Shown here: one piece after another, positions 47,124-56,082 of the stretch | How positions within the stretch are numbered: the stretch's first letter is position 1 | How the letters are laid out: each line of letters opens with the position of its first letter | Assembly: GCA_015492075.1 (NCBI GenBank) | Contig: WGFU01000032.1 | Span: forward strand, 4,359-68,358 | Direction of reading: 5' to 3' | DNA: 64,000 nt | From: Gammaproteobacteria bacterium | Lineage (GTDB): Bacteria > Pseudomonadota > Gammaproteobacteria > GCA-2400775 | Position numbers and translations under genes: made by a program | The notes under the pieces: model-generated | The model's database searches: none | What the model was told of the DNA's origin: nothing | What the model saw: the letters and a program-made list of their open reading frames with translations, nothing else

Positions 47124-47549
47124 TCAAAATGGTTTGACGACAACAAAGATGATAATGGCGATCAAGCCCAGTACCGGAATTTCATTGAGCCAGCGATAAA
47201 AGGTGTGACCATGCAGGTTAATATCGTGTTTGAAGGCCTGATAAAGTCGACCACAGTAAAAATGGTAAATGACCAGCAGCAAAACCAGAAACAACTTCAA
47301 ATGTAGCCAAAGATCGGCAGAATATGCCGACCAGACTGTGCTGAGCAGCCAGGCCCCTGACAACAATGTCAGCACCATACCAGGTGTCATAATGCCATAA
47401 TAAAGCTTGCGCTCCATGATTTTGAACCGATCCTGACTGGTCTTGTCATCAGACATGGCGTGATAAACAAAGAGCCTGGGCAAATAAAACAGCCCGGCAA
47501 ACCACGTTACCATGAAAATAATATGAAAGGCTCTCACCCATTCCATCAA
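47124..47549 (-). CDS. hemJ: Protoporphyrinogen IX oxidase HemJ
   Basis: 141-aa, 4-TM protein with AFHIIFMVTWFAGLFYLPRLFVYHA. Confidence 0.85.
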   Translation of the reverse strand: MMEWVRAFHIIFMVTWFAGLFYLPRLFVYHAMSDDKTSQDRFKIMERKLYYGIMTPGMVLTLLSGAWLLSTVWSAYSADLWLHLKLFLVLLLVIYHFYCGRLYQAFKHDINLHGHTFYRWLNEIPVLGLIAIIIFVVVKPF

Positions 47550-49345
47550 CGGTTTTCCTCATTATTCGTGGCGACGCTGGCATAGCGTGGCTTTAAATGG
47601 TAATGGGCATCGATCGTATCACGGCTGAGTACGCCGTAGATCTGGTCGGAAGCAAATGCTCGCTTACGCAACACCACGAGGATGTCGGCTTGAGATTTAT
47701 CCAAGGTCTCTAGCGCTTCTTGCAATGTCGATTGCGGTTCGACGTCTACCCAGTGTAAACGGTCGGCGGGGATGTCGCGCAGCTGAATAGTCTCGTCTTT
47801 TGATTGTTCGGTGTGGCGGGCGAGGTCTGCTGCACGAAGTAAAAACGGCTTGCCTGGAGCTTTGTGCCCCAAGCGCAAGTGCTCGACAACGATGATCCAT
47901 TGAGGGTTTTTTTGTAGCATACTGAGCGCCTTATCGCGGCTGAGTTGTTCTGTGCTTTCAGCAAAGCTGCGATCCATGACACTGGTCACACCTACGCGGC
48001 GTAAAGATTGCGCGACGGGGTTGTTAGAATAATCGAGTCCACGTGTTTGTAATAAGGTTAGCACCAACGATGTTTTGCCAAACAGCTCGCGGCTGGTTAA
48101 GCCGGAAGTAATCACCGCCAACATTCCTGGCAAGATAATATGCGGGTTGGCAGTGAGCTCTACCATTGCGGTGAGGGCAGACAACGGCGCTTGCAGGGTG
48201 GCCGCCATCATCGCCGCCATGCCGAGCATGGCATAAAAGCCAGTGCTGGAAATCGTCTCCGGAAATAGCGCCTGGCCAATAAGCCCCATAACAGCGCCAG
48301 CACCTGCACCGATGACCAGGGTCGGGCCGATAAACCCTGCTGGAACGCCAAGCCCAACCGCTGTCGCCGAAGCGATCAACTTGGCGCCGATGATGATAAG
48401 CAATAGACTTATGCCCATGCTACCGGCGAAGCTGGCATTAACAGTGTCGTAACCAATGCTCATGATCTGCGGCGCAAACACGGCGACCAAGCCCATGATA
48501 GCTCCAGCGATAAGCATGCGTTGCCAAACAGCGTGTTGGCTAAATGAGAGTGATAATTTGCCAGCGAGATGAATAAATATAGCAGCAAGCGTACCGACGA
48601 CTAAACCAGTTACCAGTACATAGGGTAGCTCCCAGGCCGATTGCATGGCCATTGGCGGCACACTAAATGCGGGGCTGTCACCGTAAAAAATGCGTGTTAA
48701 GACCGTTGCTGCGACCGCTGCCAGAATCACTGGCGTGAAACTGGCGATGGTGTATTCCATCAATATTACTTCCATGGCGAATATGACACCGGCAAGGGGA
48801 GTATTAAACGATGCTGCGATAGCAGCAGCAGCGCCACAACCGACCAGAACGCGAATACTGTTATTGGGTAGATGGGCCCATTGTCCGAGCAAGCTGGCAC
48901 TGGCAGCGCCAAGGTGAATACTGGGCCCTTCGCGCCCCATTGATTGACCGCTGATCAAGCTGATGGCGGCACCCACTATTTGTAGTAAGGTATTTCTGAG
49001 TGGCAGGCGGCCTTGATGATAGGCCAGTCGTTCGCTGACATGAACAATGCCGACGCTGGAATCATTTTTTGATAGCCAATGAAAAATAACACCAATAAGT
49101 ATGCCGCCAAATAATGGCAGCAAAAAACGCCAAAGATAGGACAGCGATTCATAGTTTTCGTAATCGCCACCTAAAAAAGAGCCCTGCGTACTTTCAACCA
49201 GCAAACGAAAGGCAACAATAACAATGCCTGAGACCAGACCGGTGGCCAGGCCCAGTAGCGAGATTTGCCATAAGACTTCACCGCTGGCAAGGTCTGTGTG
49301 CTGGCGTTGAATAAATAATGACAGCCAGCGTTGTATTGCTTTAAT
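47546..49345 (-). CDS. ClC-family chloride channel/antiporter with a C-terminal CBS pair; proposed AUU start
   Basis: GREGP and GFIGP selectivity motifs. The ORF-track start TTG 49204 cuts through helix B. The frame stays open up to 49387 with no ATG/GTG/TTG. ATT 49345 has GGAGG 6 nt upstream. Confidence 0.8.
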   Translation of the reverse strand: MKAIQRWLSLFIQRQHTDLASGEVLWQISLLGLATGLVSGIVIVAFRLLVESTQGSFLGGDYENYESLSYLWRFLLPLFGGILIGVIFHWLSKNDSSVGIVHVSERLAYHQGRLPLRNTLLQIVGAAISLISGQSMGREGPSIHLGAASASLLGQWAHLPNNSIRVLVGCGAAAAIAASFNTPLAGVIFAMEVILMEYTIASFTPVILAAVAATVLTRIFYGDSPAFSVPPMAMQSAWELPYVLVTGLVVGTLAAIFIHLAGKLSLSFSQHAVWQRMLIAGAIMGLVAVFAPQIMSIGYDTVNASFAGSMGISLLLIIIGAKLIASATAVGLGVPAGFIGPTLVIGAGAGAVMGLIGQALFPETISSTGFYAMLGMAAMMAATLQAPLSALTAMVELTANPHIILPGMLAVITSGLTSRELFGKTSLVLTLLQTRGLDYSNNPVAQSLRRVGVTSVMDRSFAESTEQLSRDKALSMLQKNPQWIIVVEHLRLGHKAPGKPFLLRAADLARHTEQSKDETIQLRDIPADRLHWVDVEPQSTLQEALETLDKSQADILVVLRKRAFASDQIYGVLSRDTIDAHYHLKPRYASVATNNEENR

Positions 49346-50231
49346 GGTCTGCCTCCAGGTGTGTAAAACAATCGGCGAGGCCGGAATCTAAACTAGGGAA
49401 ACGCAAGGTGACCCCAAGATGTTCGCGCATGAGCCTGTTATCAATGCGACGCGATTCACTTAAATAGGACAGCATGGCAGCAGATAGTCGAGTTTTGGCT
49501 TGCTCCAAACTAATGACTTCGGGCCGCGGTAAATGAGCATGATCAGCGACGGCATTGAAATAATCGGTCATCGTCGATGGTTGATTGTCACTAATATTGT
49601 ACAGTGGCTCGGGCGCTGTGATATGGGCTGCCTGCATGCAGGCAGCAACCAAGTCGTCGACATGAATTCGATTGCTAAACGGAGCCTCTTCTTTGCATAT
49701 CACCGGTTGACCAAGCCGTGCCTCAGGCGTGTGGCCGGGCCCGTAGATACCGGGTACGCGCAGTACCACCAGTTTGACCCGGTTGCGCCTGGCCCAGGAC
49801 GACACAGTTTGTTCGGCATCAAGGCGCCGTTGCGCCCGCTCGCTGGTTGGGTGGGCCGGGCTGTTCTCGGTGACCCAGCCACCATCGACATTGCCATAGA
49901 CACCGGTAGTACTAATTAACACGATACGTGCTGGCAACGCTTGCTGATCAAGCACTTTAATGAATGCCTGCATGCGTTTGTCGGTATTGCCGTTAGGGGC
50001 GGGTGGTACGTGATAGTGTATGACGGCGTTGGCACAATCCAGGTCGATAGCTATTCCAGTGTGGTCAAGGTCTAACACCTTGCAAACGATGCCTTTTTCA
50101 GATAACTGTTGCGCTTTATCCGGGCGCGTAACATACGCCCTAACCACTGCGCCGTGATTTTGTTCAGCACGTGCGAGTCGTTGTCCGACATAGCCACAGC
50201 CGATGATGATACGAGTGTTATCCATATTCAA
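49341..50231 (-). CDS. NAD(P)-dependent epimerase/dehydratase-family SDR
   Basis: Rossmann N-terminus IIGCGYVGQRLA; atypical-SDR length. Confidence 0.75.
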   Translation of the reverse strand: MNMDNTRIIIGCGYVGQRLARAEQNHGAVVRAYVTRPDKAQQLSEKGIVCKVLDLDHTGIAIDLDCANAVIHYHVPPAPNGNTDKRMQAFIKVLDQQALPARIVLISTTGVYGNVDGGWVTENSPAHPTSERAQRRLDAEQTVSSWARRNRVKLVVLRVPGIYGPGHTPEARLGQPVICKEEAPFSNRIHVDDLVAACMQAAHITAPEPLYNISDNQPSTMTDYFNAVADHAHLPRPEVISLEQAKTRLSAAMLSYLSESRRIDNRLMREHLGVTLRFPSLDSGLADCFTHLEADH

Positions 50232-50247
50232 AGTGTGTCGCTAAATA

Positions 50248-51045
50248 TTAAAGCGCCAGCTGAGCCCACCACTGGCCCAAATATTCATGGATAGCGCGTT
50301 CTGATTTTTTTAGATGTCTTGAGTTCGGCAAAAAGCTGGTGGGATCCTTCCATTGCGCCTCGCCGGCATGAAAATCGGTTGGCGCGGCAATCGGTTTTAG
50401 CCCCTGGTTTTGTATTAATAACATACTGCGTGGCATGTGTGCGGCAGAAGTGACTAGAAAAAAACGCTGCTCGCCGAGCAATTTAGCTATTTCTACTGCT
50501 TGAGACGAGGTATCGCGTGCGCGCTTCTCTATAATGATTTGATGACTTGGAAAACCCAGAGCGATGGCTATAGAGGCCATGGTGTCGGCTTCGTGATGCT
50601 GGTCAAACACCGCGCCACCGCTCAGAATAACCTTAGTATCTTGCAGTTGACCTGGCCCTGCGAGGGCACGTTGCAGGCGTAAACCTTCGACCAGTCGTTT
50701 TAAGGTGCTGCTGCTAAGATGACTGCTTATCGGCGTTGCCTCATTCACTGCATGGCCGCCGCCCAGCACGACGATGTATTTTACTGAGTGATACGCTTTG
50801 GCATCTAGAATAGAGGGATATTGCTGTTCCAGCGAACGGATCAGGTGGTTGCTGGCAAACGGAGTGGAAAAGCCAAAGACCATGATTAAGGCGAGTCCGA
50901 TACAAAATTTCCCTAGTTTTTGGTGTCGGCCCAACCATAGCAAGTATAAACCGAGCAGCGCGACAATAAGGCTCAACGGCAACGGTTGCAGCAGGCTAGC
51001 GATAATCTTTTTAGCGAGAAACATCATCGTCTCCGAGAGCGGCAT
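50248..51045 (-). CDS. DUF218 (YdcF/ElyC-like) envelope protein
   Basis: Two N-terminal TM segments and a DUF218 core (YIVVLGGGH..ILSGG..TSAAHMPRS). Confidence 0.75.
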   Translation of the reverse strand: MPLSETMMFLAKKIIASLLQPLPLSLIVALLGLYLLWLGRHQKLGKFCIGLALIMVFGFSTPFASNHLIRSLEQQYPSILDAKAYHSVKYIVVLGGGHAVNEATPISSHLSSSTLKRLVEGLRLQRALAGPGQLQDTKVILSGGAVFDQHHEADTMASIAIALGFPSHQIIIEKRARDTSSQAVEIAKLLGEQRFFLVTSAAHMPRSMLLIQNQGLKPIAAPTDFHAGEAQWKDPTSFLPNSRHLKKSERAIHEYLGQWWAQLAL

Positions 51046-51137
51046 ATAGAAATTAAGCGAGTAGTGTCAGGGTTCACGTTTTCGCGCCGACACATTGATG
51101 ACAGATTATAAAGATAAGCATACAGGACAGCGAACTG

Positions 51138-51905
51138 ATGTTGCGCCAATTACGAATACTTGCCTTGCTATTACTATTGTTTGGGGTGGCCTTAACCACT
51201 TGGCAAACAAAAATGCGCACCACCGACTGGGATCAATCTTTATGGATGGTGGTGTACCCCATCAACGGCGATGGCAGCAAGGTATCGCAAAGATATATAG
51301 AGGGACTTAAAGAAGCCGCGTTTACCCCCGTTGAAAACTTCCTTAAACGCGAAGCGCAGCGTTACGGGGTGATGATAGAGCAACCGTTAACGGTAAAGCT
51401 GGCACCGAAGCTTGAAGAACTGCCACCATTGCCACCAGAAACGGGTAATCCCTTGATGGTGGCATGGTGGAGCCTAAAGATGCGTTATTGGGCCTTAACC
51501 CACAATAACTACGATGGCCCATCACCTGATATACAAATGTTTGTCTTGTATCACGACCCAGCCAAGCAGCAGCAATTGGCGCACTCCCTGGGCTTGGAAA
51601 AAGGCCTGATAGGCGTGGTAAATGCCTTTGCCGGCAAGAGAATGGCGCCAAGAAATAATGTGGTCATCGCGCATGAGATGTTGCATACCGTGGGTGCCAG
51701 CGATAAGTACGACTTGTCGAATAATTTACCTATCTTTCCTCACGGCTATGCTGAACCCAATCGTATACCACTGCATCCACAAAGCAAGGCGGAGATTATG
51801 GCGGGCCGCATTCCACGGTCGGAACGCGAAGCGGTAATGCCGCGTGGGTTGAAGTCGACGACGGTCGGTGAGGCGACGGCGTTAGAGATTAAGTGGCTAA
51901 GGTGA
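51138..51905 (+). CDS. Membrane-anchored hypothetical protein with an HExxH motif
   Basis: N-terminal TM segment and VIAHEMLHTVGASDKYD. The family was not recognised. Confidence 0.5.
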   Translation: MLRQLRILALLLLLFGVALTTWQTKMRTTDWDQSLWMVVYPINGDGSKVSQRYIEGLKEAAFTPVENFLKREAQRYGVMIEQPLTVKLAPKLEELPPLPPETGNPLMVAWWSLKMRYWALTHNNYDGPSPDIQMFVLYHDPAKQQQLAHSLGLEKGLIGVVNAFAGKRMAPRNNVVIAHEMLHTVGASDKYDLSNNLPIFPHGYAEPNRIPLHPQSKAEIMAGRIPRSEREAVMPRGLKSTTVGEATALEIKWLR

Positions 51906-51906
51906 T

Positions 51907-52218
51907 TTAGCTAAGCAAAGCTAGTAGCGCTCGGCGCTTGTTTTCAGGGAGACGGCGAAAAATCATCACCAGTTGTTGCTCGCAACTGCTTAGCTCATTG
52001 AGATAAGGCTCGGCGAGGGCTTCCTGTACAGAAGACGTGCTGGAAAAATCAGTACGTTCGTTAAGCAGCGTTTTTTCTAGTCGCGCGATAATCTCTGCCG
52101 TCATGCTGCGATGATTGCTGGAGGCGATTTCGCGGATTTCTTCACGCATCCCTTGTGGAAATCGCAGCACAAATTTGGGCGCTAGTTCCGACGGATAACG
52201 TTTGTGACCTTGGCTCAT
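51907..52218 (-). CDS. amrZ: Arc-family ribbon-helix-helix regulator, AmrZ/AlgZ-like
   Basis: KFVLRFPQGMREEIREIASSNHRSMTAEIIARLEKTL closely parallels my recollection of P. aeruginosa AmrZ ([37 protein letters not shown]). It also has a similar C-terminal LxxFRxL..ALLxLL tail. Confidence 0.75.
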   Translation of the reverse strand: MSQGHKRYPSELAPKFVLRFPQGMREEIREIASSNHRSMTAEIIARLEKTLLNERTDFSSTSSVQEALAEPYLNELSSCEQQLVMIFRRLPENKRRALLALLS

Positions 52219-52410
52219 ATGTGAAGCATAGAGGTTAATCGTATAAGTTTTCTATAGTGGCAACTTGACATCATTCGTTTTTCTGGTTAGAGTGTCTAAT
52301 TGCTATATCATTGATATTTGTAGAATTTACTTTGTATTTTATTGAATATTTAAGCTTTTATTGCATCAATGATCAGCTCTTTATTAATTATCGCACAAAT
52401 CATTAGTGTA

Positions 52411-52440
52411 AGTATAACTAATTCAAGAATTAGTTATACT
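52411..52440. promoter_or_regulatory. Perfect inverted repeat AGTATAACTAATTC-aa-GAATTAGTTATACT (candidate operator)
   Basis: 14-bp arms with a 2-bp spacer in the 247-bp AT-rich divergent region. It ends 26 bp before the small ORF and lies about 190-220 bp from the amrZ-like start. Confidence 0.6.
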
Positions 52441-52465
52441 TATTTATTACCAAGGATGAAAAACT

Positions 52466-52684
52466 GTGGTTATGGAAGTATTTTCATTGCGCCCTCAACA
52501 GGGGCAAAGCCTGTTGATTGACCTCAAGGGTCCGCCTAACTCGCATAAAAAAGCATCGGAGTTGTTTGCCGATGGGCCGGTAGAGATATTATTTTGTCGC
52601 GCTAACGATGAGAAAATAGTACTCAGTATCAAGGCGCCGAGCGAGCTCGACATATTTTTGCACGGCACAAGCTATGGCGAATAG
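52466..52684 (+). CDS. Small hypothetical protein (72 aa), weakly CsrA-like pattern
   Basis: AAGGA lies 9 nt upstream of GTG 52466. SLRPQQGQSLLID ... VEILFCRANDEKIVLSIKAPSELDIF echoes CsrA LTRRVGETLMIGD ... [25 protein letters not shown], with a roughly 17-aa insertion. Coding status is unproven. Confidence 0.35.
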   Translation: MVMEVFSLRPQQGQSLLIDLKGPPNSHKKASELFADGPVEILFCRANDEKIVLSIKAPSELDIFLHGTSYGE

Positions 52685-52687
52685 GGT

Positions 52688-53611
52688 CTATTGCCAGCTA
52701 TCGAGAAGGTCTTGAGACGGGGCAAAAAAATAGGCACCGCTAGTGGCGTGTGAAAAATCCATCAGGTGATCGTGCAGACCGTCACCACTTTCGCCATACA
52801 TTCGGGCCAGCATTTTTTCAAAAATATCGAGTCGTCGACTGTAGGCTAGAAAAAATAATCCTTTATCGCCGGAGGCGGTGCCCAAGGGCATACTGTGGCG
52901 TAAAATCTCAAGTTCATCACCTTCCTCTTCGATGACGACACGACTGATATGAGCAGTGGCCGGGCGCTGAGTTTCGTCGAGCTCAATGCTGTCGGCTTTA
53001 GTGCGGCCAATGACCTTCTCCTGCTCAGTAACATCCAGTGTCTGCCACTTACCAAGGTTATGAATAAAGGGCATCGCCAGGACATAGCTACCACCAGCAA
53101 AATCGCTGTCTTCGCTGCCGATCAAGGCGACTTCGCGGCGTTCGTCTTCCCGCTCAGGGTTTTCGGTGCCGTCGATAAACCCAGTCAGATCGCGGCTGTC
53201 GAGAAACAAAAAGCCCTGTGTTTCACCGACCACAGTGACACTGTCGGATAATGCGGCCAGCAGCTTCTGGCACAGCAAAAAGTTGATACCAACAGCCTGT
53301 GAGTGGCAATGGAAAAATAAGTCTGATTCACTTGGAACAACAGATACCTCGCCCCGCCCTAGTGCGCTAAATGGCTTGAGTTGCCGTGGCATGGTCGCAG
53401 ACAACTGTGGCCATATCTGAGCACCAAAAGCGATGCTGGCAACGAGTCCGCATGCGCCATATTCGGCAATAATGTCGTCTGTCATGGCAGCCAGCTGGTG
53501 GCTGACGGTACGCACCGTGGCTACAGCGCCGGAGCTTTTATTGAGGCGCAGCGATAAAAAGCTAGCGTAACAACCGCTATGTGGAATAATGGCAGATTGC
53601 GGCTGTGGCAT
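52688..53611 (-). CDS. Dyp-type heme peroxidase
   Basis: 307 aa with DLTGFIDGTENP (GXXDG region), a ferredoxin-like duplication, and no signal peptide. Confidence 0.88.
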   Translation of the reverse strand: MPQPQSAIIPHSGCYASFLSLRLNKSSGAVATVRTVSHQLAAMTDDIIAEYGACGLVASIAFGAQIWPQLSATMPRQLKPFSALGRGEVSVVPSESDLFFHCHSQAVGINFLLCQKLLAALSDSVTVVGETQGFLFLDSRDLTGFIDGTENPEREDERREVALIGSEDSDFAGGSYVLAMPFIHNLGKWQTLDVTEQEKVIGRTKADSIELDETQRPATAHISRVVIEEEGDELEILRHSMPLGTASGDKGLFFLAYSRRLDIFEKMLARMYGESGDGLHDHLMDFSHATSGAYFFAPSQDLLDSWQ

Positions 53612-53724
53612 TTTGACTCCGTTGAGACTACGTTTCGTCTAGTGTAACGTTTAGATTATAGACAGTGTAATAGATCGTCCATGCAGAACAAACCCATAGC
53701 GTTTTTCATTTATGACAAGGCATT

Positions 53725-54834
53725 ATGCTAATGGGCGTATGGACGACACGAACTTCCGGAGTGCGCGCTTCTTCACCCGAGGCCTTACGTTCCCGCCTTG
53801 ACAGGCTGTTGGCAGAAGCGCGTAAAAATGAATTCAAGATGCGCCGCTTCCAAGCCTTGGAGCTCACGCTCTTTGGTTTAGACTCCGTACACAAATTGTT
53901 AAGCGCGTTGCTATACCCTGATCGTTCTCAGTTTGATTGGGACATCGTCAGTCTGGTGTTGATTGATAAACAATACGAACTAAGGCGTATTCTCGAAGGC
54001 AATGACGACATATTACAGCACCCAAACCTGAGCTTTGTTGATGATGATAGCGTGCTGCGATCACTTTATCCGCCTTTGGCGTTAACACCAATAATTGGCG
54101 TATATAAACCTAAAGTGTATTGCCAGCTGTTTTCAGGTGTAACCAAAAAACCCGCCAGTGTGATGCTGTTACCATTGATACGGCAGGGAAAATTAATTGG
54201 TAGCCTCAATATCGGTAGCGCCGATGCGCAGCGTTTTGCCCGCGGTTACCACACTGATTTCATGAAACATCTTGCGGCGGTGGTATCGATCTGTATAGAA
54301 AACGCGATGAATATGGAGCGCATCAAGCTATTAGGGTTGACCGACACGTTGACAGGCGCCAACAACCGTCGTTACTTCGACCAGCGTCTAGAAGAAGAGA
54401 TTCAGTTGTCTCGACGTAATCACCAGTCCTTGGCTTGCGTGATGCTGGATGCGGATCATTTTAAACGTATTAACGACCACTATGGTCATCAGACAGGTGA
54501 TATTGTGCTCAAGCAAATTGCGCAACTTGCGCGCGCGGAATTGCGCAGCAGTGATGTGCTGGCGCGCTATGGTGGTGAGGAATTTGTTACCTTGTTGCCC
54601 CAAACTGATATCAGCGTTGCCGTCGAAGTGTCTGAGCGAATAAGACGTAGTGTCGCCAGGCAGACGTTTACGAGCATAGATGGACAGGTTTTTCGGTTGA
54701 CCCTGTCGGCGGGGGTGGCGGCGACAAGTCACTTGCCGGGGGGGTCTATTCATGGCGAAGACCTGGTTGCCTGTGCGGATAAGGCACTCTATGAGGCCAA
54801 AGCGCGAGGCCGGAATCGCATTGCATCAGCTTAG
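53725..54834 (+). CDS. DUF484/GAF-like sensor diguanylate cyclase (GGDEF)
   Basis: N-terminal DUF484-like segment, the active site GGEEF, and the I-site RSSD five residues upstream. Confidence 0.85.
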   Translation: MLMGVWTTRTSGVRASSPEALRSRLDRLLAEARKNEFKMRRFQALELTLFGLDSVHKLLSALLYPDRSQFDWDIVSLVLIDKQYELRRILEGNDDILQHPNLSFVDDDSVLRSLYPPLALTPIIGVYKPKVYCQLFSGVTKKPASVMLLPLIRQGKLIGSLNIGSADAQRFARGYHTDFMKHLAAVVSICIENAMNMERIKLLGLTDTLTGANNRRYFDQRLEEEIQLSRRNHQSLACVMLDADHFKRINDHYGHQTGDIVLKQIAQLARAELRSSDVLARYGGEEFVTLLPQTDISVAVEVSERIRRSVARQTFTSIDGQVFRLTLSAGVAATSHLPGGSIHGEDLVACADKALYEAKARGRNRIASA

Positions 54835-55184
54835 TTGCCAGCACCTTTGATGACAATGATGGCAGTGACCATTGAGATGAGCAGAATGCCAAATGTGAAG
54901 GGCACATAACCCAGTAAGCGTAGGCCCAATGAGATTTCTTGGCGAGCGCGAAATGTGGCGAATGCAATCAATATAGACAATAAAAAAGCAGCGGCCTGAA
55001 AGCTGAAAAAAGGCACCATTTGCTGCAGCCCTTTTATAGAATTGCCATCACCTGGCGCAATAAATACAGGAATGAGCAACGAAAGGACGGCAAGCCCTAC
55101 CCATACCAAAAACAAAATGGCAATCTTTTGTATCATGCGTGATCCTCGCGGCGAAAAAACAGTAGCACCAGAAAAAAGATTCAA
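54831..55184 (-). CDS. Hypothetical 4-TM membrane protein
   Basis: 117 aa and strongly hydrophobic. It is convergent with the GGDEF gene, with a 4-nt overlap. Confidence 0.45.
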   Translation of the reverse strand: MNLFSGATVFSPRGSRMIQKIAILFLVWVGLAVLSLLIPVFIAPGDGNSIKGLQQMVPFFSFQAAAFLLSILIAFATFRARQEISLGLRLLGYVPFTFGILLISMVTAIIVIKGAGN

Positions 55185-55589
55185 TAGTATCGCCGTTTGG
55201 CGACAGAGGATTGTCCTCTATCGCGCACCTCGACTCAACTAGGGAGTATCCAAGTCGCTGCCACTTAACGAATGGACTCAGAGCGGTTTGGGGGCTTATG
55301 CTAAAGCGGCGCTATGAACGAGTTCAATTCACCGGTTTCTGCAATCGCTATGACGGCGTGTGCTAAGCAAATTACATATTCCAGGCAACGCCGGTCATTA
55401 CGCGCTTTCGGCCTTCTCTTGCGGCTTACTGATTCTTTATGGACGCGAAGCGCAAAATGACTTTACCCAATGCAATAGTTGAGGGATACTCGATCATCAT
55501 TGATCATATTAAGGTGGCTATTGGAGTGTATCCTGCTACTTTGTCCGTATCGGTGCTAAAAATCCGCCGACCACTTGGAGGGACGGAAA

Positions 55590-56018
55590 ATGGAAGCGAA
55601 AAAACAACTCAGTGGGCACTGCTTATGTGGTGCTGTTACCGTGCATGTGACGGCTGCAGAGATGAAATTCGGTGCCTGCCATTGCGCTATGTGTCGACGC
55701 TGGGCTGGTGGTCCCCTGTTGGCGATCGATTGTGGCACCCAGGTCGCGTTTGACGGCGAGCAGCATATTTCGATATACGACTCATCGGAGTGGGCGCAGC
55801 GTGGTTTTTGCCAGCAGTGCGGTAGCCATTTGTTTTATCGATTAAAAGCCAATCAACAATACATGATGCCGCCGGGTCTGTTTGATGATATCGACCAGAT
55901 AAAGTTTGACCATCAAATCTTTATTGATGAAAAGCCGGATTATTATGACTTTGCCAATGAGACGCACAATATGACAGGTGAAGAGTGCTTTGCCGCCTTT
56001 AATTCGGCTCAAGACTAG
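55590..56018 (+). CDS. GFA-family (glutathione-dependent formaldehyde-activating-like) zinc protein
   Basis: GHCLCGAV, CHCAMCRRW and CQQCGSHLF cysteine ligand sets. ATG 55590 is served by GGAGGGA. Confidence 0.8.
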   Translation: MEAKKQLSGHCLCGAVTVHVTAAEMKFGACHCAMCRRWAGGPLLAIDCGTQVAFDGEQHISIYDSSEWAQRGFCQQCGSHLFYRLKANQQYMMPPGLFDDIDQIKFDHQIFIDEKPDYYDFANETHNMTGEECFAAFNSAQD

Positions 56019-56082
56019 GATAAAAATAGTTTGCGCATAAGCTTTTCTGGTTCATAAGGTGGCGGTCGGCTATCATGCCGCG

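Noticed and set aside
49171-49371. 66-aa minus-strand ORF between the SDR and ClC genes
   Set aside because: It is out of frame with, and overlaps, the sequence that encodes the conserved ClC helix B in the ClC frame. It is an artefact of the missing canonical start.
55439-55753. 104-aa ORF overlapping the start of the GFA gene
   Set aside because: It is out of frame with the GFA cysteine motifs. It has no SD and no family resemblance.
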